64,000 nt of DNA from Trichosphaerium sp. ATCC 40318 (GCA_038496445.1 JALMLS010000590.1:144068-208067), one strand, 5' to 3'. Shown: positions 50,921 to 64,000, counted from the first letter of the stretch. Numbers and translations: made by a program. Notes: generated by a model from the sequence alone, not told the origin.

Positions 50921-53900
50921 CTAGTTGATTGTACTTACAGTTCGCCTTGTTTTACTACCTGCACGTTTAACCTTTTTGCCTTTAGGTAAACGAGAAGACT
51001 TTGAAGACCTAGCAGACTTCGAAGACTTTGAAGACTTCGTAGACCTTGTAGACTTTGTAGACTTTGTAGACTTGAAGATTTCGAAGACTTATTAGACGTT
51101 GTAGATCTTGTTGATTTTGAAGATCGGGAAGACTTTAGGCGTCTATGTGGACTAGTAGGTCTAGGTGATTTTGGTAGTCGTACAGTGTAACTCTTCTAAA
51201 TCAAAATAAATTAGGGTGCAACATAGCAAACGCTGGGTTTTTTCGAAGAACTTCTGTTGTGTTTTTTTCTTCGAAAAAAACATGCATCGTACCTGACTGA
51301 GTGTCTCTTTTTTAACTTGTTGTTTTCTGATGGTAGGCTTTCTTATACGTTGAACATTTGCCAAGTGCTATAAAGTTAAAGTATTAATTATACATAAGGT
51401 AACAACCAACTAAAGAGAAAGTACTAGAAATTTTCGAATTCCAAATTGTATTTTCGTCCTCGCACAAAACGTACATCTACAATGTCTGCATGACCACGTT
51501 TAGCAGCAAACCTTATAGGAGAAAGACCACTATGAGTCAGTAAGGATAAATTAGCTCCTTCTATAACCAATTTCTGTAAAAAACACCAATCAGTTCATAT
51601 TGCCAAAGAAAGAAAAAAAACAGAAAAGGTTGTGAACTTCCAACACGTGACAAAAAAAACTCAACACGTGACTTTGTTTACTTAAACTCAAACAACCATT
51701 ATTACAGTTGTTTCTGGGCTTTAAACAAGAAAAAACATGGTACCTTGATGAGAGAATTTCTCTTCCAGTGAATTGCCAAATGCATTGGCGTATATCCTTT
51801 TGAAAAAGTTTGAGCATTAATATCACAACCGGCTGAAATCAACACATCCAAAAGACCTCTTTGAACAGACTTTGAAAAGTTTGTCAAGCTAATGACTATA
51901 TGCAAAGGCGTATATCCTTAATAAAACAAATAAGTAACAAGCAACAAATAACAAGCAAAACAGAGTAAAACTTCAAAGAACTTCAAAATCTTTTCAAATC
52001 TGTATGTTCTGTACCTTTGATGTATCGATTGCGAGCATCACTGTCTGCTCTGTACTTTAAGAGTGCCTTAACACACTCAAGTTTTCCCTTAGAACAAGCG
52101 CCATGTAATGGCTTCCAACCACCTTTCTTACCAGTGTTGGGATTAGCTCCTTTACTAAGTAAATAGTTTACTATATCAAGTCTCCCTAAAAAATACGATA
52201 AGCAACTTTCAACAAAAAACCAATCAAATTAACATACCTCCAGTAGCAGCATAATAAAGCGGTGTAACGCCTTGTTGTGACATAACATTTATACTTGCTT
52301 TATTGTCAATCAAGAGCCTTAAGGAGAACAGTAAGCCACAACAAAAATACGGCAAAAACAACTTACTTTGCAATCTCAAGATGCCCCTTATACGCAGCTG
52401 CATGAAGAGGTGTCCAACCATCTTTTTCTTTATGGTTTACATCTACATTAGGCTTACTGAGACGCTTTACAACCTTAGCACGTCTTCCTCTATAACAAGC
52501 TTCAAACAAAGGAGTCTACAAAAAAGTGAGTTCATGCAAATTGACTCTTGAAAGTCTTTCAAACGTACTCCTCGTACACCATGACTAAAATCAAGGTGTA
52601 AAGAAGGTGGAACTTGTATAGAATGGTCTTCACTTGAAGATGCCTCCGATAAAGGAGATAACATATCAGCACGCTGTGATTTAGGTGCACGTATTTTCTT
52701 CCTTTTCATTTTGATTTTTGCAACAGACAAAGCTCGAACTTGTTGCTTTGGCTTTGGTTCAGGTTTTTTCTTTTTTCTAACATACATCTAAGATAGTGTT
52801 TTAAAAAAAAGCAAATTCATATACACCAAATGATGTTTAAACAAATATCACGTATCACGTGATACATGATAAACCACACGAGTGCTAAAAAAAAAAGGAT
52901 GTTTTATCATGACGTACTGTTCTTTCTGCTAATACAACATCTTTTGTTGTCACAGTTAAACTGTGATCTCCACTACCAGTAGGAGAATAAGATACTACAA
53001 AATTTCCATTCTCTATAAAGTTATAAGTAAGCAATCAACCAAAAAAAACAAAAGCCATATTCTTAATTTTTTAGTTTTGGATAAACTTATGTACCTCCTG
53101 GAACCTCTTGTATCTCGATCTCAGGTGTCATATCGCCATTAGGGCCATTTATGACAATCTAATAATAGTTTAGTGAATAAGAAAGAAAGCTAAAGCACAA
53201 TACATACTTGAATATCAGGGATACCAGTAAAGTCATCATCGTTCTCGCTCTGTAACCTCAGCATAAACTTGGCTGACTCGCCTTCATTTACAGTATGCTT
53301 TAGTTCTTCTATTGAACCACTTACAACTAAAATATGTAAATAATCAAACGATCAAGCACATCGAAGATCGAGACAAGCTGAAAGCCTTTACCTTTGACTT
53401 CCTTAAACTCAAAAGGATCAACTTCTTCTTTTTCTTCTGGAGGCTCCTCCTCTAAAGGAGGTACCACAGGTGTAGTAGAGACATCAATCTAAAAGTTTTA
53501 TAAATATGACACTTAACGAAGGGCTGCAGAAACACATACCTTTGATAGAATATCATAATATCCATCAACAAAATCAGAAGTCAACTTGAAATATATAGGC
53601 TCATGCAAAGGATCTAATAAAAAAAGAGTGTTAGCTAAAACGTTGAGTACCAATATCACATAACACTCTATATCAGACACACCTTGCTCGAACGTTAACA
53701 CTAAAATAAGAAACATCAGACACAACATACACAACATACAAACATAAAAAGAACACAAAAAATGTCTTCCTCTTTTCATCGTACCTAATGGTTCTCTTTT
53801 TACAGGTTTATTATTGAGCCTCATATCAAAAGTGAAATCACCTTCTCCAGGAGTGAACGTAACATCAAAATGACCACAACTAAATAATTAAAATAACATT

Positions 53901-56080
53901 AAAAAACAACAACAAAAAAAACAGCTAGAAAAAAAAAAATATTGTATTCTACTTACGTCTGATCTTGGATGATTTCAACTTTAATATCATTTTCAGTTTC
54001 TTTATTCCTAACAAGAACCTATCATACGTAAGTCAAAATAAAAATCCTAATTGAAAGACAGCACTCTTCGCCACAAAACCATTGAAAAAAAAAAAGAAAA
54101 CTTCGAGACTCTAAAACTCAAACTTTTTTACGTACTTGAACATGCTTAGGATCAATCCAAACCTCATCATTCCTGCCATTTAGTATAAGCACAAGCATAA
54201 TACATGGTTCACCGGCAGCACCTCTCTTAACACCAGCAATCTGGCACTTAAGTGCTAAAAACAAGTGTCAAAACCAAACAAATAGTTTGAGGAAAAGTAA
54301 ATATAAGCGCCAACGTTTCCTAGCTAGCTCAACGTACATGCATGCTCTTCAACCATTTCACCATTTTGAAGCGTTATAGACGAACGTGGACTCATTGTAA
54401 CTCTCGGACTAAGTGTAAGACGTGCTGAATTACGATTCGCTCTAGCAGAGTTTGTCAACTTGCTGATCGCTGTTTCAATATCAATATGTTCCAAGTTTGC
54501 ATGTTTCATGAGTCCTTCAAGTATATCACCATTCGGTTCAGCCTTTGTTGACGTTTTCCGTACATCATGACTTGAAGATTGAGACTCACTTGACGAGTCA
54601 CTGAGTTGAGCTAAATCAGAACCAACATCTTCTTGTAACATAAATTTTTCACTTTCTTCTTCTTCACTACTATCATTAGATGCTTCTTCTATTGATATAT
54701 CATCACTTGATACTGCTTCTATCGTTACATCATTTTCATAATCAATAATAGGTTCATCTCGGTTCGCAATTTCAATTTCTTTAGCATCGTCATCAGCTCC
54801 ATTCAACATTTCTTTGTCACCTTCGTCATCGACATTGTCAGTGTCTCCGTTTGCTTGTTGGATTTCTTTCTCATTTTCCTCTTCGTTGTTATCATCGTCA
54901 GCGCTTTCATGTTTTCCGTTCGCTATTTGCTTGCCAGTGTTGCTGTCATCCCAATGTTCATCGACGCCTTCGAGTTCACGTTGTTTTAATAGTTTCTTTA
55001 CAGAAGCATCTATCTGAGGTTTAGGTTCTTCTGCATCATATTCCCATTTCTCTTTAAAGCCTTCCATCCCAACAAGCTAGTAATACAATTATTAACAAAG
55101 AAGGGAAAACAACAAAAAAAACAAAAAACAAAAAAAAATTTAAACAACATCAACTTGTCATCAGCTCTACAAAGCTGTCACATTTTAATTCTTTCCACAA
55201 CTCCGCCCATTTAAATAGTCATATTGGTTCTATACTCTCGAAGAGTATAGGCCATTTTCGAGGTGGTACAAGAAAGAAAAGTGACAACTTCGAATAATTT
55301 GAACAAAAAAACCCAAAAACGCGTTTGGTTCCATTGTACCAAAAGAATTGTTTTAAACTACACGAGGCATTCAAGCGAAATGCAACAAAATTTCCGAAAA
55401 GAGAAAAAAAATCAGGACGCACCTGAGACAACCGATGAACAATATTCGCAACGCGTTCAATATGAGCACCATGATAACAGTCGTTTATGTCAAAAAGCTC
55501 TACAATCAACAATTATTTTAATAAAGTTTAATAATACTCTTAAACAACCAAACAAGAATAAAACACGTCCTCTCAGACGGAAGAAAACATCAAATAAAAA
55601 AATAAAAAAAACTTTCTTCTTTTTGGCTCTCTACTAACGTACCCATTCCTTTGAAGCCAATCAACTTACATGATTCAATAAACGATGATATATTATGACG
55701 TAAACGAGGTGCTCTACTGTCTGAAGGGTATATTTTTTTAATAGTGTGTTTGTGTGGTGATATAATACGCATTAACTTGCATAGTACAACACCATCCTTT
55801 ATAACTGCTTCAAAAGTGTCGTCAGGCTAAAAAAAAAACGTTAGATTGTTTATTGTCATAAAATGCGCGTTTGTCAATATAAATGAGCAAGTAACAATCT
55901 TTCTATCGTTTTAGGCAAAATAGCGCCGGTTTTGGTGTTTTGCACAGTTTTTTTGTTTTAATGTCAACGAACCTTAAATTCAACCTTCAAAGCGCGTTGT
56001 AACCAGTCCAATGCTTGCTTACATCGTAATACTGATATTTCTTGTTGTTTTGTTTTCATACGCACTTCTACGCTTGCCAT
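50921..56080 (-). CDS. Calponin-homology + acidic linker + filamin-type Ig repeats + ankyrin repeats + basic Ser-rich tail
   Basis: CH motifs ALDWL...KDGVVLCKLM...HNISSFIESCKLIG; filamin-like GHFDVTFTPG and GNFVVSYSPTGSGDHSLTV; ankyrin GWTPLHAAA, GVTPLYYAA, GYTPMHLA. Confidence 0.8.
50995..51135 (-). repeat. Coding 9-nt tandem repeat (AAG TCT ACA/TCA; K-S-T/S)
   Basis: About 15 degenerate copies of GACTTTGTA/GACTTTGAA on the + strand, in the last exon. Confidence 0.85.
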
Positions 56081-56614
56081 TTTATGCTTATATACGTTTT
56101 AGAGCATATAATTTAAAAGTGTAATTATCTAACTAGATAGTACTCGGTTACGTACATATTTCCACCTGGCTTGTTGGTAGACCAATTGGCTGTATTGCCT
56201 TGCGCCCTTGGCGCGTTTTAAACCTTACAGAGTAGTTATTTTCTCGCTTTTTCTTCACTTCAGTTTTTGTGTTCAAGCAACGATGCAAACATAAATTTAA
56301 ACGAAACTCATGATTTTAGGCTTACACGTAAAACTAGAGAGTGTATATTACTTTAAGAGTAATTTTCCTTATTTGCAAACAGATGATTTGACGTCTCAAA
56401 ATATTTTTACTTTTTGTATACAAATCCTACTCCAATAGTGATTTTATTGGTTTTTATGATAGTAGGGTATCTGTTTGAATATAATTAAGATAATAGTTAT
56501 TAGTACACTGTCGTACGCGCGGAAGCGCGGAAAAACTGACTCAAGATCGCCCATATACGCTTGCGTTGTCTATGGATGTTACGTTTACCCCTTTTGAGGT
56601 TATAAAAAAAATAT

Positions 56615-57388
56615 CTACAGATTGTGCACTTCATCCTTTGGCATAACGACTGCGTCATTGTCGACAGCTTCCTGTGTGATACCAGTACGTCTTGGATTAC
56701 CCTTTGGGGCATAATAAGGCTTCTGTATTTTTTTAACCGCTCCACTCAGCGTCTTTACTGCTGTTGCGTCCTTTCTTGCTTGTTCGTGTGTTGCCATATC
56801 GTTCATTGCTCTACGTGTTACCCTGGCACGCCAATATCGAGATCTACAGTATTGCCTGAAGGAAAATGAGAAAAATAAAATTTTTGAGTGACACATGCCA
56901 GTAACCACCAAATACAACAGTTCCAGTAATAAGGCCCCAATTGCCAATACTTGGCGGTACTAAAAATACGATTAAAGCGGCTGACAGTAAAATAAAAAAG
57001 GCGAATTTAATTTACGCTTTTTACGTTCAGTTTAACCTTTTTGTGGATGATATGGGCGTTGTCGTACCTCTAAGAATGACACCACGGAAAAAACACATGG
57101 CACCTGCTGCCATCGCTCCATATAGTACACTAGTCCTCAAACAAGGTATATCTGATGGTGAGAAGAGTACTGTCCATATTGTGTGTATATCCTGAGTGAA
57201 GTCAGTTTAATAACGCTGATTACGCGTACATCTGTTGTAACTGATGAAACGCCATCCTCTATTGCAATAGAAGCTTCACGAAGACTCTTTACTTTAGATT
57301 TATAGATCTCTATATTCTCTAGATCCTCTCCTTCAAGATACTTATCCTTTGGTAGCTGTTTGATAGGATATTCTTCCGGGTTTTCCAT
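56615..57388 (-). CDS. COX20: Cytochrome c oxidase assembly factor COX20-like
   Basis: IPCLRTSVLYG + TM, IGNWG + TM, YWQYCR match the Cox20 signature (last motif needs GC-AG intron 56898-56856). Confidence 0.75.
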
Positions 57389-57641
57389 GTTCGTAACGTC
57401 AAAAAAGTACTGCGTGAAAAAAAAAAAAATGGTCAAGAAAAAGTAACGCGCGAGCGATTTATTCAATACAGTGTGAGTAAAATTTGTAGATACAGTTATC
57501 ATGAGTGTCCAAGGCAACGTTACTACGTATGAGGCATAATTTCGTTGATAATTATTATCTTCAACGAAAGAAATCTTGAGAACAAGTTTGACAATGCCAT
57601 TTTGAACCTTTAATTTTTTTTTGGAAAGATTGTTTTCTTTT

Positions 57642-58904
57642 CTACTGTAGTTCTTCGACTGACCTCAAACATGATTGTAACTTCTTCCACAATAAACGGT
57701 TTTCTTTTCTATTTGCGGCTAAATGATAACGATTGCAAACACCGTCCCAAAACCGTCCTGAGATCCATGTTAACACAAAGCAGCAGTAAAAAACAACAAA
57801 AAAAAAACAATCACTACGCACCAGATAAACCTTCAAGTTCAGGATGCGTAGAAAGATATACAGCAATTTCTGCTGGAATATCAGGTTGTTTTCCTCCACT
57901 GAAACCGAGATCTGCCAAAAGCTAGAAAAAAAGTGTTACGCGCGTTTGAAAAGGTACTAGTAGCGTCCATGTACCTTTGTTTTTACAGTACCAGGCGTCA
58001 TAACATGAACATGGATGCCTGATCCGTTTTCTTTACAATATTCATGAAGCACTTCGCTCATCATTCTTACAGCTTGCTTACTCTGTTTGTATGCTGAAAG
58101 AGGATTATACAGTCGCTTCTCAAAGTTCAAATCTTCGACATCAACAGCGCCAACGTAGTCTAATTGTAACCATGTTAGGCGCCACAGCAACGTAATACAA
58201 AAGAAATGAATGAAGACTGAGAAGAAGAAGTGTGGAGGTTAAACAATCTTCGAGCGAATTGGATTTACAATTGCAATTGAACGTACTAGCTGCTACATTT
58301 ACTACGCGTCCAGCCTTACTTTTATTCAAAAATGGCAACATTTGATTAGTGAGTGCAAAAGGACCCATAACATTAGTACCAAAAACGATGTCTAAGTTAT
58401 CAACACTTTGGAGTGATTAGCGCCAAGTATAATTTCGGTTGAAGTTCAAAAATAAAGTAATAAGCACTAAGTACCTCTTTTGTTGTTTTGAAGGTCCAGC
58501 AATGGCCGCATTGTTTACTAAAACGTCCAAATGCCTGTATTTTCTGCTGAAAGCGGTGGCAAATTTTCTAATTGACGCTTGTGATGATATGTCAATTGGC
58601 ATGTAGCTTACAGACTCTGGGTCTACTTTTCTGGTTGATTCTATGCGTTATAAGCATTTGTTGGTTTTTTATGTAATAAACTATCATTGCGCGTACTGAT
58701 GTCTTCTACAGCCTCTTTTGCTAATTTTTCGTCCCTGCAAGCGAGAACAACTGTATTGCCCTTTAAAGCGAGTCCTATAGCGTAATCAATAGCGATAGTG
58801 GCGTTAACCATACCTCTAGCGGTTTCAAGGCCAACACCGCGATTAGCGCCTGTAACGACGCAAACCCTGTTAGGTATCCTCAAATATTTGGCTGCTAGGT
58901 TCAT
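57642..58904 (-). CDS. Short-chain dehydrogenase/reductase (retinol dehydrogenase/WWOX-like)
   Basis: TGANRGVG, LDVLVNNAA, GTNVMGPFALT, GRVVNVA, YKQSK (YxxxK), PGTVKT. Confidence 0.92.
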
Positions 58905-59924
58905 TGGAGATTTGGGCGTGACAGAGAGTTGTAATGCAATTAAGTTCACTGTTTGAACAGTAATCACCCATCTTACCGTCAACTTCTTTACAACACCGAG
59001 CAAGCGTGCAACACCGTTGTGCAGTGTTTTCTAAAGAAGTTGACGATGGATTTGTACATGTTTTGGCGCAAATCTCATTTTTAGCAGTACATTCTACAGA
59101 TGAGGTGTATTTGTACTAACAGCAATGCACTAAGTTATTTCCAAAGTAAAACCGACAAGAGTTAGTTGGATCTGTGAGTTAGTAGGAACCAGAGCAAATG
59201 TTGAAATTGAGATAATCTTGACAAAAAACTTTCTCTATATTCTTGTTCTATTAGGACTTGCACTAATTTTTTATCTTTCGCCAATCCGGATTTACATATT
59301 AGTGGTATAGGTCCGTACAACACAGATTATCCAGAGAACCTGGGGTATGCCCTTTTATAGTTATTGCTATGTGAACTCTAGTCCATTTTTTGCATCTTTC
59401 TTAAGATCATGTTTCAATTCCGCTTGTGGATTGCCTTTTGTTGTGTAGGTACTTCTTGTACAGGTCTATTTGGTATCATGGTACCATTTCTTTTGCAAGC
59501 TAATTTCCTGTAGATATGACCTGAAATAACGCTATTTTATTGTAACGTTAAGCCTACTTTTTAAACAGCCGCTCCCGATTAGTAGCACGCACGTGACTTT
59601 CTGTTCTTATGCTCACGTAAAGTACTCCATAAGGATACTAATGATATAGCTTGCAGAGTTGCAAAAGGCTACCTGTGTTCACAAACCGTCCCGAAAAATC
59701 AGGCGTATCGTCATTTCAGGTAAAATCCCGTTGGCTGATTTGTCAGTATCTAATTCCGTAGTATGTTCATAGGATGGTGGTGGCTATAGCCAAAGATATA
59801 GCCAGTATACAAAGCAATACCTAATTACCATTGGTCTATATTTCGCTTTCAATAGTTCTGTTTGGGAAGCCAATAAAACCCATTGGTCTCACTCTTTCTT
59901 CCCCATTTTCTATCAAACACAAAA

Positions 59925-60719
59925 ATGAATAGATCGACGCTTCTCTTTGTTGCCATTACTTGCTTTTTATCAACTGTTTACCTCCAACAGTACAAATCTA
60001 CGACATGGGCGCTTCAATTTGGTTGTACAGGCTTCGACATGGACTCTGCGTTCAGTCAGTTCATTTGTAAAGCGGGTTCCCAAGATTTGACTACCCTTGT
60101 GAACGTACAAAACGGTGTAGAGGATTTGGTACTTTATTTTAAAAAAATCACGTGATAATTTTACTAATGAGTTCATTTAGCAAGTCGTTAACAAACTTGG
60201 AACAAAAGTAAGCGAAAGAAAACAAAAAAAAAATCCAAAAAAAAAAAACCTCTCAAGAAGTCTTTTTATGATTCTTCTTCTCATGGTTCTTAGGCTGATT
60301 TACTTCTTACTGTGGAAACTCTAAGCCCTTCATTGTTTGTAGCTTTCGGTAACGCTGAGCCAGAGTGGTTGATCTCGCTAATATTTGGCCTTCTAGGTAA
60401 CATCTCATTTGGTATCCATACATCAGAACCACATGTAGTTTACTTCACCTCTGGTACACCAGGCCAATCCTTTTCGAGCACAGATGGTCTAACGACGTAT
60501 GGTGGTGCTGTGTGGAACGTAACAACAGGTGTTGGTAACTTTAAAGGTACGTCCAACTTAAACATTTGTGCCAACGTTTTTTTTCCCTTTTCTAAAGTAA
60601 GTTCTTCGCTAGGTGCCACAGGTTATATGGCTGGTACAGCTCAAATCAACGCTAACTCCGATGGTAAAACATCTACAGCTACCATTGATATATTTGGTAG
60701 GTTCTTAACGCCTCAATAA
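59925..60719 (+). CDS. Secreted beta-rich protein, dirigent/allene-oxide-cyclase-like motif
   Basis: Signal peptide; spliced C-terminus GGAVWNVTTGVGNFKGATGYM resembles the (I/V)-x-GG-x-G-x-F-x-GA-x-G motif. Confidence 0.55.
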
Positions 60720-62358
60720 GCGAAGTTGTAACTAATGCACTTTGGTTATCCTGTGTTGATGCTGGTATTTCTTTTTTCTTGAAAGCTGCTGTAGTGAGTG
60801 CTGCATCGATTTCTATCATCCTCATAACGTTTGGTTTAACCTACGCATTGGTGTCGCAGCGTACCTGCGCCATGACGTAGATGAAGTTTTCGGCGTAAAG
60901 AGAGATGTTGTTTTCTTCCTTTGTTCTCATAGTATATGGCGTCTTTGAGCCTAAAAACGAGCTCCCACAATGTCAAGAAAAAAACAAATTGTACACAACG
61001 TATGGGAAAAGAGACAGTACGTATTCATTTCCCTTTCGTATGTCGCGTATCCCGGAGGTATATTTGCAGTATTCTGTGTAGTATGTGAATGAACAAATAG
61101 ACGCCATCATATCCCTATTGGGCTCATTTTTTGAGTTCATCTTTTAACCCGTCACGTTTAGTATACAGTTATGTAGCTTTGGGTGTTTTGAATTAAAACG
61201 TAATTTTTTCCCATTAGAGCCTAAGCGTGCCGAAAACCATCACGTGATGTAATATTTATCGCTACTTTTCATGGAAAACCATAAAAACGTTGACTTCTCA
61301 AAAACTTCGAAAATTCTTCATTCATCAAACAATTACTACATCATGGCATCCTGGAGAAATATAGAACCAAGACCATTGCGTCGTAGTACATCAACAGACT
61401 TGATTCTTTGTTCTCATAGGTAAATTACTTTAACCGTAACCAACCGGGCTGACCTCGAAACGTTTAGAAATGAAGATCGTGACTTAGAGGCTGTTTCTCA
61501 GTGCGAGATTGAAGATTATGTTAATGTACGAGCCGAATTACCACTCGGCGCTAGTAGAGGGTTGATTACTTATCGTATTTAGATGCTATACTTTGACTGG
61601 GAGGACGAACCAATTGAAGAGTAAGCACTTCTTTTTAATTACTTTCCCTATTTTTTTTTGATTTCCTTTTTCTGCCTCTTTGTCGTCACGTGCTTACTTG
61701 GTTTTTGTAAATAGTGTTCCTGAGATTACTACTAAACGTACCGGGCGATTTTTATTAGAACTTTCTGAATCAATTGATGCTTGGGAGCGCACAGAGAAGC
61801 AGATTAATAAAAATTTAAGAAGACATACAACAAAACCCCTAAAACCAAGACAAATTCTAATTGGTCATAAAAGAGACGCGTCTATACATCATATTAATTC
61901 AAGGCGTGCACGTAATCAATAGAAAATGATTTTTGTACAGAACAACAACAGCAAAAAACAAAGGTAAAAAAATCGAATGCCTTGCACGTGACGTACCATA
62001 ATATCCAAAAAAAACGCTCTGAAAAAAATAATTGTAAATAAAATCGCGACTCAAGAAAAGGCGGTTTCAGAGCGAAATAGTAAAATAACGCTCAGCCTCT
62101 TTTCTATGAGACGATCATTGTACCATATTTCCGAATCATAATACATCCAGATAAAAAAAAATCACTTCGCTCAAGAAAAACAAAAAACAAATTCTGAGCT
62201 GCGCTTGACTCATGTATAAATGCAGCGTCTTGTTGTTTCAATGTTTCGGTCTATTATTTACCGCGATAGTGGAAAGCACGATAACAAAAGACACATTGAC
62301 GCCAGAAATAGATACAAAAACAAATATTTAATACAATAAACAAGGTTGTCGTCTTTAT

Positions 62359-64000
62359 TCAAACAGACGTATTTTTAGGTCGCGGTACGCGATCTGGCAT
62401 ATCAGCACTAGTAAGCTTTATATCTTTTTGTGCTTTAATCTTAGGTACTTTAACACCCATCTTGGCAGCAAGAAACTGAAAACAAAAAACATCAGAAAAC
62501 AAACTTCAAGATAACAAAAAAAAAAAAAAAAGAAAACATTTTGTGTTGATAAACCGTACGTTGGCAATCTCTCTGTTACCCATACTAGCTGCTAACTGTA
62601 GTGGTGTCTTACCACTATCAGTTTCAGCATTCATATCAGCACCATGATTCAGTAAAAGTCTGATTAATGAATTCCTTCGGAAGTAAACAGCAAGATGCAA
62701 AGGCGTAAATCCTTTATTATTCCTTGCTGTAAGACTAGCTCCGAAATCAATAAGAAGCGTTATAATACGCTTTTGAAGATCTTTAGAAGTATCCTTTAGA
62801 CCCAAAGCAATATGTATTGGTGCATAACCTAAAGAAAAACAGTCAAAAATCAACTTGAAGCCTTTCTTATTTTTTTCTCATACCTTTTATCAACGAATTC
62901 TTAGCGTTAATCTTTGCTTTGTATTTTAATAGCATACGAATACAATCAATCTTTGCTCTAGAGCAAGCAACATGCAAAGGCTTCCAACCACCCTAAAAGA
63001 AAGATAAGACCTTGACACGCCCAAAACAGTTGTTTGTTTTGGAATAAATTCTCATTTAATTCGTACCTTTTCTCCTTTGTTTGGATCAGCTCCGCTTTTC
63101 AACAAAAACGATACAATAGAAGCACGTCCTGTAAAAAAAAAACAAAACATCAAAAGCGTGAAAGGTAGAAGAAGCAGGGTGAACATTAAATTGAAAAAAA
63201 ACCCAAAAAAAATGCTGTTGAGTTATGGTGAACGTACCTTCTGCTGACGCATGGTATAGCGCTGTTGTACCGCCTTGCTCTTGTAGATTAACATCAGCAC
63301 CGTAATTCTTAACCATGAGCCTAACGATATCAAGATGTCCTTTGAAGCAAGCAGCGAACAAAGGACCCCATCCACGTTTTTCTTGTTTATCAACTTTCGC
63401 TCCACTCTCTATGAGCACTCTAACAATATCTGTTTGTCCAGAGTATGCAGCAGTGAGAGGTGTCCAACCATCTTTATTCTTGCCTTCCACCTGAGCAAAT
63501 AAAAAATAAGTAAACAGCTTGATACAAACAAACTCAAACACGCACGGCTTTTGGGTATTGCTGCAATATACGGATTGTACCGTACTTATCTCCATTTTCT
63601 GCAGCTTTATGAAGATTTGTATTGCCTTTAGCATCAAGTTCATCGTTTTTAACAGGTGTAGCATCTTCAGTAACCGAAATCTAAAGAGTTCATTAACATC
63701 TCAAAAGTTGTTTTTTTTTTTTCCAAACTTACCGTAAATGAATCCTTGACTGGCCCGCCATTTACGAACGCCTGGATAGTGATATCGCCTGAAATAACAG
63801 GAGTAAAGATTACCCTATATTTACCAATAACTTCAGGATCCTTATGCCAATCTACAAGCGCTTGTTTTGAACCAGCAAACAACTATTTCAAAAAAGTCAG
63901 TAAAAAAGAGACAGCCATGACATCCTACCTTAAACCCATCATCAGGAATAGGTGCATTAACGGCAACCCCATCAAGTAGTACTTGAGCTACTAGACGCAA
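62359..64000 (-). CDS. Filamin-type Ig repeat + ankyrin-repeat protein (5' end outside window)
   Basis: GKYRVIFTPVISGDITIQAFVNGGPVKDS; ankyrin GWTPL, GWGPLFAA, GTTALYHA, GFTPLHLA, GKTPLQLA. Confidence 0.85.

Noticed and set aside
62016-62074. 10-bp inverted repeat CGCTCTGAAA/TTTCAGAGCG
   Set aside because: Short, no target-site duplication; could arise by chance.

Overview
AT-rich, intron-dense eukaryotic nuclear DNA in the standard genetic code, most consistent with an amoeboid protist (Amoebozoa-like gene families and splice signals; taxon is inference). About 25 protein genes can be reconstructed by manual splicing: ornithine decarboxylase, a C2-ankyrin-calpain-III protein, a repeat protein with a RAP/DUF559-like nuclease fold, a RhoGAP, a CRT-like transporter, RBM19/Mrd1, a GDPD, a FAX/metaxin-like GST, COX20, an SDR, two filamin-repeat/ankyrin paralogs and several secreted proteins (one dermatopontin-like). 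The main accessory signal is a dispersed five-member family with a shared ~45-aa F-box-like N-terminal module fused to an intron-free array of MORN-variant repeats that vary at fixed positions, a candidate expanded family of E3 substrate receptors with a giant-virus-like architecture. Also seen: a 356-bp hAT-type MITE (21-bp TIR, 8-bp TSD) inside an F-box/LRR pseudogene, a tRNA-like element inside an intron, a pre-miRNA-like hairpin, roughly 10-fold enrichment of CACGTG, several GC-AG introns, and GTAC-dominated donors. All gene models and counts were made by eye, with no database searches.
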